A stretch of 64,000 nt of DNA from Lama guanicoe (lineage: Eukaryota). Shown in pieces: positions 14,801 to 26,480 of this stretch. Numbering within the stretch: position 1 is the first letter of the stretch; each line of letters opens with the position of its first letter. The notes beneath the pieces were generated by a model, which saw only the letters and a list, made by a program, of their open reading frames with translations, had not been told where the DNA came from and did not search any database. A program made the translations under genes and the position numbers. The DNA lies in assembly GCA_013239625.1 (NCBI GenBank), contig MU054925.1, forward strand, positions 12,280,018 through 12,344,017, read 5' to 3'.

Positions 14801-15859
14801 AACACCTGAATGCCGTTTGAAGGCCCCTTCAGACTGACTGCACTGGTCCCTTAATCCATGTAAAACAAGTTGTGCCTCTCTCGCTGTTCACAGAGAGGCC
14901 CCCAAATCACTGGCAAGTCATAGGAAATTCTTAAGTGGCTGCTTATTAATAACGTTTTCAGTTTATATTAGATTGCCTTTCATCCAGGGGAACTCAGCCA
15001 GCTCCACACACAGAGAACCACTGAAATCCAGCCATTTCTGGTGTGGATGTGGGCCAGCTGGCAAGAGCGTCCCTCAGGGGCTTGGCTTATGGGGATTCTG
15101 GCTGTGGTCACACCCTTCAAATCTTGACAGGGGCCCTTTAATATCCCTGCTGAAGGGCTCGAGGCAAAAGCTTCCCAGAAAGCCATGTTCCTCAGTGAAC
15201 GAGGCCAAAGGCTGGAGATGACCCCAGCGGACTTGGGGGGAAAGAGCATCAAGAAATTGGGTGTTTACCGAACACCGAGGCTGGGAGTGAAGCCCCTCCA
15301 CTGAGATCGAGTTAGACACAACAGGGGAAGACATTCTTCTCGGGAGAGCCCTGGCTTCGGTCAAGTCCAAGGGAAAAACCAAACCAAAACAAAACACATT
15401 TCTCAGGGTTTCCCACAGCAGGGACGGGCGAAAAAGGCAAGATGCTTGACTCCCCTTCTTCAAGGGATCCGTGGCAAGGCTTCTGCGGTTTTTTTTCTGA
15501 GCCACGACGAGACTCCTCAGTCTGCAGGAGTGAGAAGACGGAGGGAAATCCAGAGAAAGAAAATAACATTTCCTGGTTTCATATTTTATTGGAAAGAAGC
15601 CCTGGATGAACTGAATTCACATGGTCTATGGGAGTAAGACGTTGAAAATATTTTAAAATATTTTAAAATACGTTATTGGCGAGGTGATGGCTGAAGACGC
15701 ATGCCCCCTAGACACACCCACCGCACCCCTGGGGGACGCAGCCACGCCCGCGTGCTTCTGGCGCAGTCCACGCAATGGACAACAGTGCAGCCCGGGGGCC
15801 TCCTCTGTGCGTGGGCTGGGACTTAAGTCACTGATTCATGACCTCTTCTCACCATTTCT

Positions 15860-16510
15860 GCCTTTACTCTCCTAGTTCAATTCATGATCACCTCCTGACG
15901 ACAACAGCCTATTTACTCTTCCCAGCATCCACTCCTGCTTCTCTAGAATCTATTTCCTATGAACCGTTATTTTTTTAAAACACTGGCGACGACAATCAAC
16001 TCTCCAGCTTAAAGAGCTTCACTGGCTTCCCACTACAATTAGAATAAAGTACACACTCTTTATCCTTGGCCTATGAGAGCCAATATAATCTGGCCCCTTC
16101 CCGTCTCTCCAACTTCATTTTGCCTCCCTCCCCATCTTTCAGCCACCTGGACCTTTTCCTTGTCCTGTGTGCTTGCCAAGGCCACCCCTCTCTGAGGATC
16201 ATTGCAGTGGCTGTTTTTCTGCCTCGAACATCCTTCCCTGAGCCCTTGATGGGCTGGCCTATTTTGCTTTATTCACGTACTCACTCACCTCCACCAAGAA
16301 CCCTCTAAAAACATGGTCCACCTGCCCTTCTCATTCACTCTCCGTTCTATGATCCTTTTTTTCCCTCCTTAACATTTATCACTACCAGAAACTATCTTAC
16401 CTGTTGCTATACCTAGTAAATGTTTTTACCACTGAAATGTGACTTTCATCAGATTAAGGAGCTTATCACGTATCTAGAACAACAAGCATTCAATGGGCAG
16501 TGCTTTAAAT
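15860..16510 (+). mobile_element. L2 fragment
   Basis: cactggcttcccact..agaataaa..tggcctatgag..attgcagtggctgttt..tatctagaacaa. Confidence 0.7.
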
Positions 16511-17202
16511 TGTCAGTCTCTTAATACCCAGCCCAGAATTTAGCTTGGCAGTTCTCAATTAGCAGCTGTACATTTCACGGACACACAAAGAAGACAGAAT
16601 CAGTATGTACAATTTTCTCTTTTTTTTTAAATATATATTTTTTGGAATTACTGAAAATGTTTATTGTTACAATGAAGCCAAAAATGCCGAGTGTGGGTCA
16701 ACTATATAATCTGCAGTAGATCATCAAAAAAACCAGGGGTTAAACAAAACAGAGGAAGGTTAGGGCAGAGAAGAAAAAATTTACATTGACAATGCCTGAG
16801 AATCGTACCCTAGCTGCAGTGTAATTTAATTCCGCCAAGGGTACTGCAAGATGTCCAGTATCTGAAAGAACGCCTCGGATATAGAAAGCCTGAACCCCCG
16901 ATTCAACCTAAAGTAAATGCTCAAAAATGGTTGACTTGTTGAGTGAATAATAAGGACCCGAAACACAGAGGTAGTCCTGTGGCTCTGATATCTGAGACCA
17001 CAAGCCACAATTTACCCAACTATGTAATGGAAGAGAACCAGATCACTCTCCTTCCAGCTCTACAGAACTTATTATTACCTCCTGGGTAGCCCCTTAGAAC
17101 AGGGCTGTATTTCCACAGGGAAGAAGGACAGATTTTTCCCAGCCCCATGTTAACCTTTGGAGATTTTCCTGGATGAGTTTACAATAACCTAACATCCAAT
17201 CT

Positions 17203-17390
17203 AGCAGGTCTTATTAACCTGCTGGGTGACTTTATGCCTTTAAGCATCTGATGAAAGCTGGGACCCTGTTCCTTGAAAAATGAACATACATACATTTAAA
17301 GAAAATGGTGCGTTTAATTTCAAAAAGTTTGTCGCTCTTTGTTGGTCCTTTGACGCTCGTGGGTTCTGAGTTAAAAACACCTGGTTTAGA
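17203..17390. mobile_element. hAT-type MER non-autonomous element
   Basis: atctgatgaaagctgggaccct..aaaaatgaacatac..gttaaaaacacctg. Confidence 0.5.
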
Positions 17391-19399
17391 GAACTGGCTA
17401 AGTGTGAAAGGTCTTCTCTGATATTCCCCCACAGGGCCAGAGACACTGCCTTATGTTTTGCAGATGTTCTCTTTCTCCCTCCCTACGACGTTCTTTGAAA
17501 AATTCAAAATAGCACATGATATCACCACGATCACTTAGGATGCTGAATCTCAGGGATTCAATGATTCAGAAGTTAAAACAATTTTTAAGCATGGCAAGGG
17601 CAAACCACGTTGGTGTTTAAGAGGCCAAACTGACAAGGTGAACGGAAGGGAGGTTCAAGATAGTCTGACCAAAAGCCAGCCCAGCAATCAGGCTGCCCTT
17701 CACCCCTGAGAAGCCATTCCAGCGAGGACTCAAGCTCCCGTTGTGGGGAGAGGAGCACGGGAATTCTCCGCTGTGCATTTCCGCCCTGCTTCCTAACAAG
17801 GCAGGTGCTTCAAAGTGGCCCAACCTGCGCAGGAAGCATGGGAGGGGGTGGGGGCGAGGGATTCACTGACCCAATTGGTGGCAAGCGTCTCGTCTTGACA
17901 GGCTCTCCAGGCGACTTCCGCGATGATGACCTCAAGCGCGAGGAGTCGACTTAGGCAGTAATTTACATGAACTCCTGAATCTTGACAGATAAGCTGTCAG
18001 GGGAGGGTTCTGGCTGAAGCTGCACAGCTGCTGGGCCCACCACAGCCAATCCATATGCACTGGCCACCTAGCCAGTGGCTGAACTGCCCAGAGGATGCCT
18101 CCAGAAAACGGTCCATTGGAAAGCAGGCATTCCCCCGGGAGCATCAGCGCAGCAGAGCCGGATCAAGGCCCTGCCTCACTGGCCCTACCTCACAGGAACT
18201 TTAAGAATGGTCACCATCTTAATCAGAACAACCGGAAGTATATCCCAGAGAAAGAAAAAAAATCTATTAAAACCTTAATTAACTAAAAATTCAAGTAACT
18301 AAAACTTTCACTACGCCCACAGGTCATCCACTTTTGGCAGGAAGCATAAAACGGAGAGTAAGTGGGAAATGGAATTTATTTGCAGCATGCTTAAGCAATT
18401 AGTGGGTGTTTAATACATATTCCCTAAATTGAAAGGAAAATCAACTTTCAGGTAGTTCCCATGGATAGACACGGCATGTAAGTTATATCTCTTGTGGCAA
18501 CTAGAGTTGATGAATACAGGCTGCCTGGAGTGCCGTGTTGAGGAGAATTCTGAGGGTGTCCTGGGGGAGGATGGACAAAAAGAGCATGGTGTTTCATCAG
18601 TGAGGTCTGCAAAGGGCAAGGGAGAGGGGGACCTGGTGATGCAGGTGCCAGGTATCTGCCGTATTCATACGATGCTCGGGACACTTCTAAGAATGGAGTT
18701 CAAACTTGGATACTCATTCACATAAGAATAATTTTCCCCCTGAAAACTTGCTCTGTCATCCATGTAGAGGCCTCAGGCAGGATAACAAGGAAGGGTGAGG
18801 AGAGAAAGCAGACATCTGCTTATCCTGCCCAGGAGTCCAGAGAGGTGTGAGAGATCAAATTTGGATGATGCTCACAGTCAACCCACAACCACAACCACAA
18901 CCCACTTGCAGGAAATCCACGTTCAGAAGAATAATTTCCATGGCTGCCTGATCCTCGATCACAGATACCCTCAGTCGGGTAATTGTGCTCTTCCTAGGAA
19001 GGCAGAGAAGTGATTGGATCTACCGTCCAAATTTGCAAAAACAAGATTGAAAATGAGATGGGATTTAACTCTCAATATCCAGAAATGCCATTAACCAGAA
19101 GCCCACCCCTCTTCGCTAACACTTTTTTTTCCTGGCTGAACAACCCAAGACAACACCACCTGTGCTCTTCAAAACCTCACAAAGCATTTGACTTCAATTT
19201 ATATAAACTGGAACAACATTTGTTTTCCTTATAAACAATATCCCCTCATCTGGGCAACACCTACTTCTTAACAATTTCAGGTGTCCTAAATACTTATAAA
19301 TACACATGTCATACAAATGAATGCGCTTATTTATATGCTTTGCTTGTGTGACACACACACAAACCAGTTCCGCGATCGTTCACATCTATCCTTTCTACA

Positions 19400-19770
19400 A
19401 GGTCTGAAAGCTTCAGAGTCAGACAACAACGTGAATTCAAATTCTTGCTTGGCCATTTAGTAGCTGTGTGACCTTGGGCAAGTTAGTCGACCTCTCTGTG
19501 CTTAAGCTTCTGCAGAACACGGCTGATAAGAGAATCTACCTCATAAGGTTATCATAAGGATTAACTAAAATACAGCCCATTAAACAGTGTGCACAGTGAC
19601 TGGCACATAACAAGCAGTCAGTAACTGTTAGTTATTATTTTTCTTACTTTGCAGAAGGAGAAACTGAGTCACAGAGCAGCTAAGTGATTTCTTCATGGTT
19701 TACTCAAAGAAGGCATGACATAACTGGGACTTGAACCTGGGCCTTCTGAATTTAGCCAAATTGCCTTTCC
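19400..19770. mobile_element. Two adjacent MIRs (plus ~19400-19635, minus ~19640-19770)
   Basis: tagctgtgtgaccttgggcaagttag..tggcacataa, then gcagaaggagaaactgagtcacagag. Confidence 0.8.
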
Positions 19771-20744
19771 TGCGGGGCACTCTGTGCTTATTATAAAGGT
19801 GGCTGAGAAGTCGCAGGACCGGCATCACCAGGGAGCTTGTTAAAAATGCAGAGTCTGCGTTTCAGCAACACCCCCCAGGTGCACATACATAAAACGGGAG
19901 AGGCCTTGGTCTCGGGCACTCTGCAGGAGGCTTGCAGACGTAACACGGCCCAGAGAGCTTCTGAGAGGGAATGAGAGGCACCCACACGCTGAGGGCTGCA
20001 GGCACCCTGCTCTGCACTGGTCTGAAACATCCAAAGGTCAGAGGTTTCTCCAGGAAGCTCCGAGTCATGCTCTGGCGGGCTACCGCTGCTCATATCCCAG
20101 CACTTATTCACAACACAGAGAGCTCAGGTCCAGATATAAAACCTGACCTTTTAGTTCTCTGCCCGAGAGCGGCCGATGGTGACAGTCACAAGCCTCCACC
20201 AACAAGGCTGAGTTCCTTCCAAAAGTTCACATTCATCATGGTCGGCGCTGGAAGAGAACTTATAGACCATCTGATTCAGGACCGTCATCTTAGGGAGGAA
20301 AGAACTGAGGCTCAGACGGGGAAATACAAACACAACACGGGATGGAAAGCTCACCAGCCCAGCCCCTCTCTCTGCCCTCTGCTAGGCTCGTCCAGGACAA
20401 TCTCCCACGTTCCCTCTACTCTGACAAAGGGCCGCTGCCATCAGCCCAGAGCCTCCTCATCAGAGTGTGTCTTACCGACCTTGCAACAAACCTGACAATT
20501 CCATTCTAGAAGCCACCGTCCAAGCTTATGCGAAGAAGCCCATGTTCTGTTTGGTGCCTGATACATTCTCTTGAATGTTTCCAATTTTACCAAAAGATCA
20601 AGTGAAAGGATTTTAATGCAATGGCTACATAATGAAGTCCTCACACGAGAGATCCATAGCAAAGCCTGAGAAGGCCAAGAGAAAACATTCACAGTACACT
20701 ACGGTCAAAGTGTAAGGAGACCCGGGATGGGAGGCGTCACTCAG

Positions 20745-20970
20745 ACTTTGGATGATGAGTATCCTGGATTTGAATCCCAGCTTTACTCTGTCTCGTCTGT
20801 GTTAAACTTTGGGCAATCTATTTACCTGCTAGGAACCTTTGTTTCACTATTATTAAATACAGCTAGTAATACTTTGCTGTGTGATTGCTGTAAGAATGAA
20901 TAAGCCGAAGGATGTAAAGCATCTTTCTTGTCAACTAGAACACAGTAAGTGGTCAACCTGTAACAGTTAC
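20745..20970 (+). mobile_element. MIR
   Basis: cctggatttgaatcccagct..tttgggcaa..gctgtaagaatgaataag..gtaaagca. Confidence 0.7.
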
Positions 20971-22824
20971 GATTTTTCCTACACACTCACACAAACACTG
21001 ACACACAGACTATTTCAGACACACGGGACATACACTTGCATACACACTAATTGCTCCTCTGAAAACATGTCTGACCCTGTGACCAGAGCAAGTATAGCTG
21101 TTTCTCAGCTGAGTCCTGAAACTTTCATGAACAAGCATTTCCGAAGACTCACCACTGATGAATGGATGCCAAGAAAAGAGCTGGAAAAATGGCGCCGCGC
21201 CCAGATGAAATGAAATGCGAAGAATTCCCATCCCAGTTAGTTTTAACCCTGGATGGAGCTGGATCACATCTGTAAGGTTTGATTTTTAAAAACCAAGGCA
21301 GTGGGGGGGGGGGAGCTGAGGCCAGTGGCGCTCCCACGGCAGGAGGACTGGAGGCAACTCACGTCACCATCTCCGGTGAGACACGCAGAGGGCTGGGCTG
21401 TAAAAGGTACCAGCCTGGGCTCCATCTTGACTCCACATCCCAGGGGAGAAAGGCGCCCGTGATCCCCCCAGGGCCCCAGGATGGTTTACGTGGAGCAGCA
21501 TAAACACTAGGGCCAGGAAGAAGAGAGGATATCAGAAACCATCACTAATCCTGCTTCCTAAGGGTTCAGCCCACTGTTCTGAGCAAGCAAGACTCTGCTA
21601 ACACTGTCAGATGAGCCCCGACTTCCCTGATGCCTCTACTTCCAACCAGTGACGCCTCTGGATTCGATGCTCCCATGTCAGCTCTCTAAAATTTGAGTCT
21701 TCAGTTCAGCCAACTTGATGCTAATGGAGTTTATAACCAAATCCGTGCTGGAAGTGTACCCTATACACCCACCAAGGAAAGGCAGGCTCATACTGTGCTT
21801 GAAAATGTGCTCTTTTTAATAAATGCACTTTTAAAAATAGTCCACGGTGCTCTGGTAGAAAATGTTCACTGTGTTCAGCCACGTGTAGGGCTGCAGAATT
21901 TGAAATGGCTGCACCGTGGGTTCTGCAGGACAGATGGAGAGAGGAATTTCTAGCTGAAGGAGAATAGAGGTGCCTGTCTTCTGAGTGGTGACTTCACACA
22001 AGAGAACTTCAGCTTTGCTGTCATGGTGGTTTGAAGATGGCTCTGATACTCTCCCAGCTGTCTCCCCATTCCGTCTTCCCTCCCTCTCCTCCTCCTAACT
22101 TCTCCATCCAATCTCTCTGCGCATCTCCCTCCACCTCCGCCCACTCCGCCTCCTCCCCGCCTCTCTCCCTGCTTCTTTCTCCCTCTGCCTTGTCCCCAGG
22201 GAAATAACGGAAGAAGCTGGCCTCTGGGTTTCAGACTCTAAACAAAGAACTGCTCAGATAACACGCAAAAGGGAGAAAAGAAAGCCAAGTTTCCAAACTC
22301 AACTGGCCAGGTCCTCAGTGGAGATTGCGGAGACTCATGATGCTGGAAACGCAGTGTGATCTTTGATCTTATCCAACATTTTCTCCCCCTGCTTGGTTCA
22401 AACCACCCCCACCCACCCACGTGCCCAACTGTACACACGCAGGGACAAGACACAAAAAATGAGAACGCTTCACTAAAACTCTTTTCAAGTTACTGTCAAG
22501 TGACAGTATCAGCCAACAGCATCAATGAGGAAGACAGGTTTTGCCAATGCCAAGTCCTCTGGCTTCTCAGTTTGTAAGAGTTCATGGTCACCAGCCGGGC
22601 TTGATTATAAGCACGACTACCAAGGAGGGAGTGAAGAGGGAAAGGTTTTCGCGCATCTTCAAGCACAAAAGGGAAGCCTCCACCCAAATGCCACCCAGAA
22701 TTGCTGCCTGAGGGACAGAGCATTTTGACTCTTGGGCATTTGACAACAACAGGGAAGACAGAAGACTATCACTTGGGCTTCTGAAGAAAAAGGTTCCTGC
22801 TCACTCAAGGCCAGCAGCACCAAG

Positions 22825-23205
22825 GGGTGGTTAAGGGTCCTGCTCAAACACAGAGCCGCCGCCATCAATGTGTGGTTAACAGCGGCACGAGATCTGGGAC
22901 CAGGATCTGTCCCCAGCTGTGTCATTTAGGCTAAGTTCCATTCCCTCTTTGGCCTTCAGTTTCCTCTGCGGAATGAGTATTAAAACGACTACCCACTGTG
23001 GTTCCCAGGCTGATGTTCAACGGGAAATATCAGTCACCTGCACCAGAAGGGAAGAAAGCACAACGTCTAGTAGGAGCCAGGAACTGGCTGAGGGCAGTGA
23101 AGCCACCATTCCCCAGCAAGCCCACGATTTCTAATTTTTACATGAGAAAACCAAAGTTCAGAGAGGTCAGGCTACTCTCCCAAGATCACACATACAATCA
23201 GGAGG
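22825..23205. mobile_element. MIR fragments (plus ~22825-23040, minus ~23130-23205)
   Basis: gtggttaag..agctgtgtcatttagg..cagtttcctc; catgagaaaaccaaagttcagagagg. Confidence 0.55.
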
Positions 23206-24184
23206 CAGTGAAGGGGGACCGCCATCAAGAAATGACTATGATTCTCCATGCAACACACAACTTGACCAAAGACGAATGGCGACCTGGAGTGATCAACTCC
23301 CCATTCTAGGGAGAAAGAGCTTTATGCTAGACTCCTCCTCGGGCTCCTTTCATCATTCTCAATTTGTCCTTCAGACCTCTGCATTGGAGTTCCAGTTCAC
23401 CCAAATTTAAAAGAAAGATGTAAACTGACTATACCTCAATTAAAAAAAAATTTAAAAAAGATGTGCATAGTAAAGAAAGTAACAGCCATCAAATGGCGTG
23501 CTCGCTGGCAGGAAAAGAGGAAGGGTGCATGGCTGGCGAAGATGTACTGGGTCAGCGGACACAGATCAAGGGCAGAGGGCTGGCTCATGCACAGGTGGGG
23601 AAGGGAGGCCCATTCTTTTCCCTTAACAGCTGACCCACAAGCTAAAGTCACCCATTCGGTGGCAAAGGAATCCTTGGAACTTCTGAGGAGCCAGCCGGTA
23701 GGCTGAAGCCCACATTCAAAGGCCTCCCTGGATGGAGAAGAAAGTGCTGAGTGTCTGCACTGCAAAGAAAGCCAAAAAGGAAGAGCTCTCACACGCGACG
23801 TCGGATCAGAAGAGAGACGTGTACGGAAAACCAGAAATGCGTCAATTCCAACTGGGATCCGGCAGCGTTCTCCATGTGACTTGTCAGCTGCCCAAACAGG
23901 GGGCCTTCCTTCAGGGGGCCTGAGCCCCCAGCTAGCGCGGAATGATTTTTCATTATACCATCCGGTCACTTTCAGTTCTGCAAAATACGGTAGCCCAGAT
24001 AACACACTTTATTCTGTCAACTCATTCAATTCTGAGTGGGACTGGAGAGGGCACCTTTGCTGCTCGCTAAACCTCTTCGCAGACAAATGGATGTAAGCAT
24101 AGTGCCTTTTCAGGGGACTGTCTTATTTACTTTTTTTTTTAGCAATAATGTTTATAATCATAATGGGAAGAAGGTAACAATGAG

Positions 24185-24400
24185 AACAACAGTAATAGCT
24201 AACCAGTATCGAACATTCACTGTGTGGCTGGCACTGTGCTAGGTGCTTTTGCTGTGCCATCTCATCAAATCCTTACACCTTGCCCTGTGCTTCTACTGCT
24301 CTTTGCATTATAGAGACAGGAAACAATATTCAGAAACATAGCTCTAAGTATTTTCACCTCTTTCTGAATCCAGAACCTGAGGCCTTGCTAAACATCATCC
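24185..24400 (-). mobile_element. MIR
   Basis: aatagctaacc..ggcactgtgctaggtgcttt..atctcatcaaatcct. Confidence 0.65.
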
Positions 24401-25894
24401 CCTACTTCCGAATCTCTAAATTCCCTTCTCATTCCTTAAGCTTCCACAATTGCATCTTCCTTCCACTATTTCTATTTTTTCCCCTCTGTGTTCCACGGTA
24501 AACCTTTACAAATCCACCATTTCAAACAATGCTATTTTACAATTTCTGGTGGCCCCACGACTGTTAACAGATTGTAATGCCTGATGGAGCCAACATGTTT
24601 TAATTTTCACATTAAAAAAAAAATTTCCAAGGGGAAAGAGCAGTTGATGGAAAGGCAAAACCTTTACAAGCACTCAAGAAAGCATTAAAATCCAAATTTC
24701 CAAAATACAGTAATTCCGTCCAAGTTGTGACTTACTCTGGAGCCCAAGGGGACACTCATCCTGACCCATCTGTGAAAGCCATCAGCAGCCAGTAAGCCTT
24801 CTGGCAAGCAGGATTAGAGCAGCCAGTTCAGCCTCCAGCAAGGAGGCCAGGCTGCTTCATTTAGTTGAAGTCTCTCTGAGATGGTTTAAAACTCTCTGGG
24901 AAGAGAGATTCAAGCAAAGCAAATTGCAGCCTTACAAGCTGCAGCTTCAATACATGACAGTCCCTGTCTATACACTCAGCACACTGGGGCCCTCCCCTGA
25001 CTGTGGCCATGGCTGCACTGACTACAAGCAGAACTCTCTCGCGGGGGGGAGGGGGGGTGGAATCATGTACAAGGCGAAGTTATACAAGAGCCATGCTTGG
25101 ACCATGCGGATGGCACCACAGCTGGACGGATCACTTATCCCAGTGTGATATGGCCCAACCAGGGTTATTTATGGTTCATAAAGGTCCCACAGACCCCCGC
25201 ATATTCTAAGATCACATAACAGAGAAAAATGGGATTAAAAATCTGTATTTCATCCTAAGACCTCCATGGCAGATTAGTGATGCTGCGATCGGCTTGGGGG
25301 AAACCCAGAGCAAGGAGAGCTCACTGTGAACACTCCTCCAAGAAACCCAACGTGGAGAACGCACTGAGTCATGTGTCTCAGCCCGGCTGTGCGGTCATGT
25401 ACTGGAGCTCTGTCACCATTTCTAATCTGAAAACATCGGCTAAAATTAAACCTGAATAATTCCAGCGCCATTTCTTTACCTGGAAGTCTTGGCTAAGTCT
25501 TCATTTTTCAGAGCCTCTAATGGTTTCTGATATCCTGAGCTGAAATGACTCCAGCCCGTGAACACAGCCAGGTGTGTGTTGGGTTTTTAAACCCTCTCCC
25601 CTTTTATTATTATCATTTCTTTAAAGATAGCTGCACTTCTTTTTAGGGTAAAGCTGCTTCTAAGGCACTGAGACTTAAGCATTTCTTCAGGACTCCCTAG
25701 AGCTGTGAAATGTTACTTTGCAATTGAGCTTTCTAATAAGCATAGAAAGGGAAGAGGTGCAGAAGGGCCACTGCCTGGCCAAGATAACGGGGCCCCGATG
25801 TTCTTCCCCTAGCCAAAACCTCTAGATCTAGCTTTCTCATCCTCCCTAAAAAATATGCTGCTGTTCAACGTGTGAATTAGAGCAAATTTCTTAC

Positions 25895-26480
25895 CTACCT
25901 CAAGGGTCCGTGAAACGACCAGTCTGAGTGGAAGCTTGCGCCAGACCCTCTGAGCTTGTCAATTGCCCCAGTTCACTTTCTCCCTGGGTCTGGCTTCTAA
26001 GAACGCAAGCAGGACTGCAGGCAGCCAACGCATCTTCTTCTGGAAGCCCTTCTCCAAATCTGGACCCTTCCTGGAGCCGGCAGCAGCTGGCTCAAGCCCG
26101 AGCCGCTCTGCCTCCGCTCGTGGAAACAGTATGGCTGGATGGAGAGAGACCCTCCTCGGATCCACCACGCAGGGGGAAAAGTGTGACTTCTCCCCCCCTC
26201 TCCTTCGGATCCGGATCCGATCGCCTTCCTCAGAACCCCCGTTTCGTCTAACTCCCCTTCTTCACGACAATCTGTAGGAAGTCACAGACTCCGGCTTCAG
26301 CGTCACTAACTGATCCCGAGCCAGACCCCGGGGCGACCAGTCAGCTGGTTGCGGGGCCCAAGACACTGAACCAGGAAATGTGCAGCTCCGCCAAAAGAAA
26401 ATAATAATAATAATAATAATAACTGTCGGCGGAGCTGCCGGCGGTGCCGAAGTCGCTGTTGCAGTGCCCGCATCCTCCGC
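25895..26480 (-). other. PRICKLE2: Probable non-coding first exon (5' UTR) of PRICKLE2; 5' boundary approximate
   Basis: The most extended CpG-enriched, repeat-free block upstream of exon 2. Ends in tandem donors GAG|GTAG|GTAAGA (exon end 25899 or 25895). Only one ATG on the minus strand over ~575 nt; promoter motifs immediately upstream. Confidence 0.75.
25959..26033 (-). other. Upstream ORF in putative exon 1 (24 aa, MRWLPAVLLAFLEARPREKVNWGN*)
   Basis: Sole minus-strand ATG between 25895 and 26470; context AAGATGC (A at -3); TGA at 25961-25959. Confidence 0.5.

Noticed and set aside
16280-16330. Minus-strand TGG AG|GTGAGT as the missing upstream coding exon
   Set aside because: Lies inside L2; upstream translation (FLEGSWW) does not match the Cys-rich motif.
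23436-24005. Longest unexplained ORFs (189 aa here; also 19971-20495, 49978-50475, 40793-41248, 62703-63158)
   Set aside because: No recognisable domain or exon structure; several start at non-ATG codons or run through MER, L2 or simple repeats.
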